From Antedon mediterranea (Eukaryota; Animalia; Echinodermata): a stretch of DNA of 64,000 bases. Positions 49,201 to 61,200 of this stretch are shown here, in pieces (position 1 is the first letter of the stretch; the number at the start of each line of letters is the position of its first letter). The notes beneath the pieces were generated by a model. That model worked only from the letters and a program-made list of their open reading frames with translations, was not told the origin of the DNA and searched no databases. The translations under genes were made by a program, and so were the position numbers. The stretch lies in assembly GCF_964355755.1 (NCBI RefSeq), contig NC_092672.1, forward strand, positions 29,952,437 through 30,016,436, written 5' to 3'.

Positions 49201-52200
49201 TCGTGGGATCCTGAAGGAGTACTCTTAATAGGGGCTCTTCTGTAAATACTTTAAAAATTGTTCAAAGGTGTTGTTTTGGTGACAAACCATATAATTTTGG
49301 AACTGGCACATAATAAATTTACATATTTGTAATTAATATCTGATTTTATCCTTATTAAATATAGCTATATCAAATGACGGTACACAACTGACTATAGATC
49401 CTGCTCTGAAGTACGAACACATCTCTATAGAGCAAACAATAGATGGTGTTTTACTGTCAACGAAAGCAGAGGTTGGTGTACTAACGCGCAATGTTGTTGT
49501 ACGGGGTTCAGTCCAGAGTGAATGGACTGAAACTATTGAGGCGTGCGATGCCAAATTTGATACCAGTAAGTATTAATAAATATTACATTTTTTGTAAAAT
49601 AATCATGAAATGTTGGTGAAGCATAGCATGTTTAAGAATTTTAGTTTGTTGGTTTTTAATGACATTATCTATCTGTTGTTTATAGATCAATTTGCAACTC
49701 AAACATGCTACCAGGGTCGATTTGGTGAGGAGATAGGTAGTGACCAATTTGGTTCTCAGATTATGCTCTTTGGAAAGCATAAGAACCAACAACTTGTAAC
49801 AGGCCGTATTGAGTACGTAGAGGTAACACACGCAGGTCAAGCATTCCGTCTTGGACGTTATCCAATCCACTTTCATTTAAATGGTGATGTCAGTGGATCT
49901 TATGTTCGTGGATGTGGAATCCATCATACCTTTAACCGTGCAGTCACAATTCACGCCGTTGACAACCTGTTAGTAGAGCATAATGTTGCGTTCGATATTA
50001 TGGGACACGCTTACTTTATGGAAGATGGTATTGAGATGGGAAACATTATCCAATACAATCTTGGAGTTTTTGTCAAAAGTAGCTCTAGCCTGCTCAACGT
50101 TGATATCACTCCTGCAGCATTTTGGTTGACAAATCCTAACAATACTATACGACACAACGCAGCTGCTGGTGGTTCACATTTTGGGTTTTGGTACCAACTG
50201 TTTGAACATCCTGCTGGCCCATCATACACCCCAGATATATGTCCACGTAAAATGGTTATGGGCGAATTCACTAACAACACTGCTCATTCCCAAGGCTGGT
50301 ATGGACTCTGGATTTTCCCAGTTTACACACCAATGGTTGGTGGACAGTGTGACTCAACTACTCCAGCACCGGCTAAGTTTTATGACTTTACTGCTTGGAA
50401 TGTTGAACGAGGGGCAGAGGTCATCGATGTTGGTGGTGTTCAATTTCATAATTTTCTGATCGCAGATGCCGACCAAGCCGGCATTGAGTATCAGAAGGTT
50501 GTAAGCGGTACTCCATTTGACGAGGATGGCGCACTTATCAAAGACTCGGTAGTGATAGGTTATAGCCAACTGACAGAAGGTAGAAAGAATACGTCTTGCA
50601 CCAAAGCTGGTGTGCACGCTCCAAAGAGTAAAGGTTTGACAATTGATGGAGTTAAGTTTATTAACTTCGACCAGAAATGCTGTGCAGCATTCCGTTCATG
50701 TGCGCATTGTAAACCAGATCAAGGGGGATTTGAAGCCCGTATTAAAAATCTAGAATTTTCCAATTCACCAAATAAAGTATTCTTCATGTGGGAACACGAA
50801 TTCTGGTATGAGGATCTAGATGGAACATTGACTGGATCCGCAAACAGCATAGTGACCCCGCATAGTGGCAACTTGCCGTCAGATCATTGTACAGAAGACG
50901 ATGCGTACAGCGTTGGAAAGCCAGGTGCTTCTTGCGATGACACCATTAAGCTACACAGGATGTCGTTTAATGAAGTTGCACCATCGTCTCTCCAGTACAA
51001 AGATGCTGTTTTCACTAACGCATACGGAACCAGCAGTGTTCCTTACCACTTGAAACGAATTACTCACCCCGAAGGATGGATGGTTACCCTCATTGATGGA
51101 GAAACTTATAACATGTTTTTCGAGTTTTCTGACCATGTTACTAATATCACGTACAATGCACGATTTGATGGTTTTAATGATGGTGAATTCGTCATATTGA
51201 ATCACAATCTAACACAAAGCCCAGACCACTTTGAAACTGCTGGTGTTAGCAGGAACAACTCTAAGCAAATGATTACATACAGCAACAATGCGTTTGGGGA
51301 TTGGCATTTTGACAATGAAAACAATGACCTATATTATTTAGGTAAGTGGTATAACCTCCTTTTGGACACCCCTAAAGCTTGGTTTCCACTAGAGATGCAA
51401 AGCAATGACGAGTGAGTTGACCAATGACAAGCAACAGTTTGAATATCCATATCCATCCATTGAGCTTGCGTGTAGTGTGAACCAAGCATAATTAAGTGGA
51501 CACTTCTCTGTGAAACCATAAAGTGGAAATAAATGTTTTAACAGAGCTAACCCTAGCATACAGGTGTCCTTATTAAGGAGATCCAAAAAAATGGGGTATC
51601 CCTACTAAAGAGGAACTTGGCTGGTTCCTCTAAGGTGTCATGCTTTTTATCTATATACTCCAAATTCCAACAATACAAAATATTAAATAATATTTTTAAA
51701 TAGGTTCTGTACAAAAAAAAACATTTAATTTTACAGTGTAAAACTTTCAAATGTATGTTTAGTATTGGCATTGTTTGCGTACTATACTGTGTTACCAGAC
51801 TTTTATATCTATTGCCTGCTGTAAACCTATAAGGTTGGAAACGAGGAGGTTGGTGTCAATAATTTGTAATTTACTTTTATTTGTAACAAATTAATGTTAT
51901 CCAATATATAATATGTTTTAACAGTTTCTGGTAAAGACATTAATGAAGTGGAAGGAGCCAACCTGAATGTACAACTTCGGGTGTACCGCTGTTACTATGA
52001 CAACTGCATTGAACCTGTTCCTACACCTCCACCAGAATTTGATTTAGACGATTCAGTGTTGTGGTCGGATGTATCAACTTGGGAAGATGCTGAAGAAGGC
52101 TGGGGATGGAATGTTGATGGTGGTAGTGCTGCCTTGCCTGCTGATGGTGAAGATGTAATGATCCCTGAAGGTTCTGTCATAAATCACTTTGTGTTTATAG

Positions 52201-55200
52201 AATCCCTCACTGCAACACTTGAATTAATTTAACTGTGGTCTTTATGCTATATTATACAAATAATGAATAATTTATGAGTGCAACGGTACAAATAATCTCA
52301 TTAGTTGATAATAAAACAAATTTTCATCTTTCACCGAATGAAATTATTTGTTTGCACGAAGATATAACATTACATTTAATGAGAAAGAAAGCAAGAACAT
52401 CCATTGTCCATTCGGCAGACTATAAGTCTTTTATCAGAGTCTAGTAAGTAATATAAATTAAAATTTGTTTATTGATTATAAGGATATATGTTTTTTTATC
52501 CTAGAAATCTAGAGAAATTGCATTTTAATGGGAGAGCAGGAATTGGGAGAGAGTTGAGACATCTGCAGCACTTTCTTGGAAGGCATATTAAATATTGATG
52601 ACTTTTCATTTCAGATAAATATGTTTTTGTAGACACAGAAACGCCAGTTATGAATAAATTATACATCTATGGAGCGCTAGAACTTCAAGCAGGTCAATCA
52701 CATAGAATTGAAGCAAAATATATTTTTGTCACCGGTGCACTTATCATTGGAAGAGAAACGACGCCATTTGAGGATAGCGTTGAAATCATCTTGCATGGCA
52801 ACCATTTTACTCAAGACCTTCCTCTTCCAAGTGGGCCAAATATGGGATCAAAAGTCTTAGGTTTGTTTCTACTGTTTCGTATAGAGTGCTAAGATGTGAC
52901 TCTCGGCAGCTTAAGAGATCTAATTTAGATATGTGGTATGATAAGGTGTAGTAAAGTGCTACATTTTGTTTCTAGGTGTTTTTGGACGTTTGGATTTGCA
53001 CGGTCAAGCACCAAATGTACCCTGGACAAAACTAGCATCAACAGCAGATGTTGGTAGTGACACTATTACTCTGGTTCATGATGTCGATTGGGCTGTTGAG
53101 CAAGAGATAGTTATAACAGCTACTTCATACGAGGCATGGGAAACTGAGACGTTTAAAATAACTGAGGTCATCGATGCAAAAACATTAAGACTTAACGACA
53201 CAGTGAGATTCAAACATATAGGTTGGTTTTACTTTTTAGTTCTCTCTCTCTCCTTTTATTAGATTATCGTATCAGTTCAGTAGTGCAAAGGGAGCTCATA
53301 GTATAAACTTATTTCCAGGCTATCCTGTGGTCTAGTGTTTAAGGCAGAGGCATCACAAAACTTAATCATAAAATTGGCACAGTACATTCAAGAGTTAACC
53401 TGCGGTTGACTGCAATAAAGGTCTTAAGCCAGGCCTTAATCCCAAGAATGGTCGTACAATTAAAATATGAAATCTGAGCCTAATCAGCAGCGTGGTCATA
53501 GTCTAAGCCTCCTCTAGACCGCATTCTGGTCCCCTGGGAGATGGAATTTGTTGCATGTGTCGTTTACACTTGTGAGGAGTGGAGTCTCGTAGACTGCAAA
53601 GCACAGATAATATTTCCCACATTTAAAATAGCCAAATAAGGGCTGCATGTCATATACAGTAGGGTTTCAACATCTTTTTCTGATAGCTTCGCATTCTATT
53701 TAAAGCTGAAAGTGCTTTCCACTGAGCTTACCACATCAAATATATAACATAATTGACTTTAATTTGTAGTTATTTATTTATAACGTAAAAATACAATTTG
53801 TACTTTATGTTGAATGTAGCTGAAACAACCACTATCGAAGATGGACTAACGTACACAGAAGCTGCTGAGGTTGGTCTCCTGTCGAGAAACATCAAGATTA
53901 TTGGGGCTGACTATAATGATTTATATGAAGAATCCTTTGGAGCTAGAGTACTTATTGGCAAATTTCAACAGGATGGTAATGAATACAAAGGTAAGGAGTT
54001 GTCCATATATTCCATAATTAGTTTTATTTTATCATGAATTTAAATTCTGTTTAATGTAATTAATACAAGGTATTATGTTGCACAGTTATGTTGAATATGA
54101 AAAGAAGTGACAGAATGTTTAGGAAACTGCTTTTTAATTGCGCAGTGCATAGCCTAATCTAAGGTAGAATTAACTTCCCTTTTTAAAAGGTGAAAAAAAA
54201 AGATAAATTGACCTCAGAAAAGGTTTTATTTGTTCCTCCCTTCTACCCAACACCCTCCACCTACATCATGAATTCCGACCCAAAAATTTACTTAACCGAA
54301 AAATACTTCCCATTTCAACAAAGATATTTTGTTCTGTTTGTGTATAATGTACAGTTTACATTACACGTATTCCTTATCTTTGTTTTCTTTCCTAGGCTAT
54401 GCCCGAATCTCGAATGTAGAGTTCTACCATACAGGGCAAGAAGGTTGGCCAGACAACTACGATCCGCGGTACTCTGTTGCTTTTCTTGATACTGGAGAGG
54501 TTACTGTAGCGAACCCTTCGTATGTACGTGAATGCGCCTTCCATCATGGATTCAGTCCTGCTATTGGTGTGTTTGGTGCTTTTGGTGTCCATATTGAAGA
54601 CAACGTCATTCACCACACAGTTGGAGCAGGTGAGGTTATATGCCCAGAAAAAACATTTACTCAGTCTCTGTAAAATTATCTTGATCTCTCACCATGTATG
54701 ATTTGTAGTATAAATATATATCCTATTTTTTGTGGTCATGAAACACTTGCATCGATATTGTATGTAAACCTTCATCATCACGATCGCTGAACATCTTGTA
54801 CATAGCACACTCAACACGATTTTCCCAATAAGAGCAATTATTGGCCAAAGTGTGCATAGACTTTTTCTCATCGTATCATTCTCTATAGTTTTTATCAATG
54901 TGCTATGTATGCAAATGAGGCAGTAACAACAAATATTAACTAAACCTGAATTTTTTCTTAGGTATTTCTGCTTGGGGTTCAAGGCATGTCATTGCAGGAA
55001 ATCTAGTATCTTTAACGGTGTTCCCCGGTACGTATCAAGAACGCTTCTTGAAAGAAGACAAAACATGGCCAGCTGGTATCGAAATACAAAACGCCTTTAG
55101 CACAGTCATCGCTAACAACACTGTTGCGGGATCAGAAAGACTCCTGTACCGAGTGGGTGGAGAAGACTGTTTTGAAGATGCGTTATGGGTAAACAACGAG

Positions 55201-58200
55201 GGCCACTCTGCATTAGCAGGAGTTATGATATTACCAACTGATTCTCAACATCGCTGCTCAAGAATTAACGGCTTCTTCCTCTGGAAGAATTACTACTATG
55301 GGATTTATTTAGAGACTACTTCTTCTCTTGTGGTGTCGGATGTAACTCTGGCTGATAACAAGATAGGAATATTACCATACATTTATAGACCACCTGCACT
55401 CAGTCATGAACCTTCATCAAAGACTTTTACAATGGAGAGCTCTACTATTATTGGCACAAGCCCGTCATTCAGCTGTTCAGAGTTGCAGGTAAAACAAACT
55501 ATTTTGCGCAGTATGCCTTGTTAAATGTTTGAGGCTGAATCCAGGGAAGAATTTTAATAGGATTAAAGTCGATATAATGGTTAATAGCTCATACAGCCCA
55601 CTGAAACTTATGAAAGTGTGGTTAAAACTAGTTTGAACTTGTTTATTTGTAATTTTGTGTTTATGGTAGCATTATGTTTTAACTTAACAGCATTTATGAT
55701 TTAATTTTCAGAATGCACCGGAGAATGAAGACCAGTGTAATCCTGTACACTCGCCTCCAAATCCCCCTGGTGGGGGCAAGATTGGATTTATGATGACAAA
55801 TTTTATGTCAGGGTCAAACAATGCTCCAATTAAAGCGTTCCATGGTATAAAAAACTACCCTGCCATTGCTGGTCTAACCCAACTACAAGGTATGTTGTAT
55901 TATCAGTGGTTGTGGGAGAGTGTTATGCTTTCCATGGTGTCAACAATGTTTAGTACAAATGGCTCCGGCAACCTTTGTCAGCAGTGGTTATTCAGACTTT
56001 TATAGTATGGTTAATTTATTAGTACTTTTACATGTTCAAATCACTTGGTAAATATCATATATAAAACACAGTAAACTAAACTTTAAGGTTAATTGATTTG
56101 TTTTTCTTTTATTTCAACCTAGATGTTAAATTTGCATATTTCCAAGAAGGCTGCTCCAGTTCTCGTGATTATGCCATGGTACCTAACCCTGGCAACCAAG
56201 ATGGTATTCATCCAACAACGGTGGAGGAAACAAGTTTTGCTAATGTTGATGAAACTAATAAACTCTTCATCTTTAACCCTAGTGTTGGGTGAGTTGGTAT
56301 TTGATAACTTGGTAGGCCATTCTCAAGTAACTGTTCTAATTTTCGGTAGAACAACCTAGCGCTCAAAAGACCAAAGAAAGTTATTAGAAATGTCATAAGA
56401 TCAAGTTAGTTCAAGGGTCATGGAATAAATTTTAACGATATGGTCAATGTATGAGTACAACTGAAGTACAAGCCTATTATATGTATCCTTGCCATTTGAT
56501 TGGTTGAGTACGCTGTCTATTAGTGGTGTACACATTCAAAGCACCATATTTTTTATGAGCCTTTAAGTTTGTTTCAAGATGGAAGCAGAGAAGTAATTGT
56601 TGAATAGACCAATCTAATTTTTCAGGTCATGACAACATAATAATAATAATAAAAATAATATATACGAATTTGTAAAGCGCCATTTCCAGCAACAATTAGG
56701 GATCAAAGGTGCTGTGGACTTAGATGTTACATGTTTTCAACAACATTCTTCTCCCCTAAGGGTCACATCGTGTCATCGGCAGCCAACTACGGCGCCATCA
56801 CGACAGTGTGTATGTATGAACTAGTACACCGGGGTAACCCCCTACTCATCTCGAAAGATGTACTAGGTTCTTTGAAGTGCACACGAGCCAGATGTACACT
56901 GGACCTACGGTTTATAGTTCTTATCCGAGAAGACTTGTTCTACCACCGCGAGTGAGCCTCGAACCCTTGCCGATGTTATGGCTATGGGTTACGGTTCCAC
57001 TGTCTTAATCGCTCGGCCACACTCACTCACATTCTAGTCTCCATTATTTTGTGTAATGACCCATGAAATAGAGTTTACCATCGGAGTACAAAAATAATTT
57101 TAATGTGTTTATTATAACAACTTAAACGGTTATTAATTTGAAATGAGGAAAATACCTGGATTATAAATACGTACTAAAAATATTCAGGTATAAAACCATG
57201 CATAAACAAATTTATATTTCCATTTACAGTAAAGCAAACCCAGCTGATTGTGTTGATATGTCATGTGATGCGATGCGGAAAATAATGATTACAGACAAAG
57301 ATGGATCATTTGTTGGTAATGGACCGGGAACAATCATAGCTAATTCTGGTTACGAATGGGATGGCGATCCAAGGTATGGTCTTGGAGATTACAGAATTCC
57401 AAAGATGGCGCTAACAAACACGGATGGTTCGAGAATTTCGGCCAGAGAAAAGTTTCCAAAGAAAGGTAACATAGATAAAATTGTATAAAAATTCTATCTA
57501 ATATTTATTATATTTTTTTTGTACTGTATTTTAATTTTGGGAAACCGTAGAGGTCCTTCTCCATGGTGTATATTTCTTTTTGAACTGTGATTGTGTTGAA
57601 GTTGACCCTACTGTAGTTATTAATAATATAGTTTGTTAAATACTGTACCCTCTTGCATAAAAAGGGCGTTTTCGATTTGCGACTACCTAAATCAGGGTCA
57701 ATCAATGTGTCGGTCGGACAAAGAAATAATTTTAATTTTTTTTTGTTTATTAAAATATTTCCACTGGATAACAATATCAACGTTGTCCCACAAAGGGGAG
57801 ACATTGTTGTTTTTCAAAAGGTCCAGCATAAAACATTACAGCATACATATAATACATAGTTTCTTAAAAATAGTTTTAAAAAAATGTTAACTGTGTCGAT
57901 TCAATGCGTAATTATTTTTAATAATTAAACAGTCTAAAATAATACTAAAATGTGAGAACCATATATTAAAAATACTATATAACGATTAGAAATCAAAGTT
58001 AGCAAAAATGTTCAATAAAATAGAAAACACCACATAAAAATATACATTGAACAGACTTAAAATTAAATAAAAGTATTTCCCTAGAAATTAAATTTTAAAT
58101 TTCAAAATGTATGTTATTATTTAATAATCCGATATCGAGGTTGTCAGAGAGGAAACATGTCCTTCGTAAGCATGCAAACAATGGATAAACATGACTTACT

Positions 58201-61200
58201 TTAGTTAAATCGTGGTTATCGCAAATCAAAAGCTCCTCAATTATTAAAATGTAATATTTTAATATTTTGAATGTAAATATTACATTGTACCATAGTAAAT
58301 GTTGAGCTTTTTTCCTTTGTCAATATTTATTTTTTTTATTTTTTTTTTTTTTATTTATTTTTCAAGTGTATGATAATCTGGACATGGATAGTCATTTGTT
58401 AACAACCTTTTAACAAATTTTTGTCATTCATTTTCCTGGGGCGTAAACATTTACATTTTGTAAAGTAAAATGTTTTTGTATGTGTGTATGGGATTAACTT
58501 TGGTTGGCGCTTGCTTTGTAGGTATTGTAGGAGTAGGAACGGACAAGTGTGAATGGAATGCAGATTGGAATGCGTATAAATGCCACCAGTTGGATCATGC
58601 TATGATGATCATAGAGAGCATGGACCCAGATACTGAGGTACGTCGTCTGTCACCAATCGCCATGTGTTCAGAAGACACTGTAGATCTCATCAATGGACCA
58701 CAGGATCACGGATGGTGCCACGGCTACACATGTCAGGAACGTATCAGTACGTTCATGTCCATCGTGGCAACAGGGAAGACTTACGAGATGTATATGAGCA
58801 GTACGAACCCTCAACATCTTCGCTTGCATCTTCTGAACTCTAATGATGATCAAAAGGTTGTTGTCGGTATCTGGTATGCCAATCCTCAACGTTTAGATGT
58901 ATATCATCAAGGCCGCTATGTGATGCCAAACAATGGTGGAACTGACAGGTCTGGTTCCTTTATTTGGGTGGATAAGGATCCAAACCTTCCCGATGACCAA
59001 TTTCAGCCCAAGCCAACATCAAATATTTACGGGGGAAACTATTTTGACCGTGAGCGCCAAACCCTCTGGGTTCTAGTACGTGGTGGAGATTCTGTTGACA
59101 TTATCACGACTCCTGTAGTCATGGTTGCTATTGGAGTTCCGGCAGTCTCTGTTGATGATTTCTTTGAGGAGAATCTTGTACAGAATCTGGCAAATCTTCT
59201 GGGAATTTCTAGTGACAGGATACGGGTTGTGGATGTCATCAGAGAGGGAAGTACTCGTCGTAGAAGGCGTTCAGATGAGGTAACGGTAGAAATTGAAATC
59301 GGTGACCAACCTGCGACTAACATAGACGTAGGCAATTCTACTTCCAACAGCAATCTTACAGACACATCATATGGTAAGTTAAACACCTGAGGGCACACCT
59401 CGGGAGCCAACACAATGTCTTCTTTAATAAGGGTGTCTCCCAAAACCATATAAGGTGGACACTTTCCTGTTGAATGAGAAATCAAATGAATCAAAAGTCA
59501 ATGTGTTTTCACACAAGGCCAACCCCTATACAGGGGACACCCTATTAAGAGGACACTTTGTTAGATCCCAGAAGCTCTTCTACTCTAGTACTTGTTTTAT
59601 ATTCAGCTCCTTTAAATTAAAACATGTTTACATGACTTTATTTATTTAAAACATCTATTCATTTTTTTCTAAAACAGGAAACTATACAGCGGGCAATTCG
59701 TCTCTTGGTTATGATGACCTGCTTGATATCCAGTCACAAATTGCTGATGCTGCCCAAACTGGAGAGCTATCTGAAAGTCTTGATGTGGAAGTTCAATCAT
59801 TAGCTATGTCTGATCCTGTGGAACCAGCTACCGATCCCACAGGAGGTGAAAGAGCAACTAATGAAACGGGTGGACCAGACAGCGGTGACATGCCGTGAGT
59901 AGTCCTTGCTAGTTACATAGTCTTCAACTCTGTCTACACTATCAAACTAGTGTGATGTGTCCAAATATGGTAGTAATGATGTCATCATGCTCATATATAA
60001 GCACATTCTTTTGTCACATTGCTAGTGTAGACAGAGTTTACATTTACGATGTAATAGTCTACAGTAAAGTATCTGGTTTTTTATACACAGTTATGGTGAA
60101 GTTGATAGTGAGGAAGAGGAACCAGTTGTAGAAGTTGTTTACCAGTTTCCTAGCTACTTAATGGTTTCACAACAACCGTCTGACGCCAGTAGAGCATGGC
60201 CATTTGTCGTTGAAGTATCTGTTCTTGATGCACAGGTAAAGAAAGATAGAAAATCTTAATCTAATGTGGTTATAAATAGGTTGAGGTCACAAAAGGTCAG
60301 TGGTCACAAAAGGTCATGGTTAAAGAGAAACTCTAAATGTCGTAAAATAAATTAAAAGGAGAAAGTCTTACAGTTTTTAACTGTTTCATCCTATTTTAAT
60401 ATTTATCCAGTATGTCTATGAGTAGGTTAAGGTCACAAAATGTCAATGGTTGAGATCACAAACTTTAAAAATGGTTATTTCACGACAGTCATTATGCTTT
60501 ACCGATACTGAAAAATAAGTAGGGTTATTATTAATGTTGCAAATGGTTATATTTTATAATACACAATAGAAATTGTGTACCTAGAGCTATACCTTTTAAA
60601 TTAAAGTTCAACAAACTTATATTTTCTTTTAATAGGGTGAGCTTGTACTGAATCTTGGACATTCATCAAATCCTTGGAAGATGGAAGTAAGTCTGAGATC
60701 GGGAACTGGACCAGAAGGATCTATGCTTACTGGCAACACAACCATTGGCATTGTCAATGGCGTTGCCAGCTTTACAGAAGCAATGCTAGACACAACAGGA
60801 TCAGGATACATCTTGGACTTTGCCATCGTCTATCCAAACACTTCGACTCTAGCACCTGTTAGTAGCCAGTCATTCTCGGTTGCAGAACGAGAATTTGAAG
60901 TCGTCGTTGGTTCCCAACCTAATGTCAGTGTAACAGTTGGAGAGAGGTTTACTGTAGGATTTAGCCTGGCTGATGTTTTAAGTGGATTGCAGCTTGCAGA
61001 TCTTGATTCTTATGTAAGTACTGTTATGCACACCGTACTCAATCAAATCAAAAGTAGGCTTTAGGCCTAGCCTGGGCCTGCCTATTTAGCATCTGCAGCC
61101 TACTATTAGAGGTTTCATGTACCCTCTCAATGCTATCGTGTAGCTCATGTTGCAGGTGGTACCAAACCGGGAAAGCTTTAAACACTCAAAATGTTTAAGT

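Noticed and set aside
51925-53221. Three consecutive exons of exactly 246 nt
   Set aside because: No sequence similarity among them; treated as coincidence.
53318-53630. Possible additional SINE with TGGTCTAGTG A-box
   Set aside because: No B box and no second copy in the window to support it.
44012-59494. Many minus-strand ORFs (e.g. 44012-44332, 50011-50280, 59039-59494)
   Set aside because: Antisense shadows of PKHD1L1 exons with no independent domain signal.
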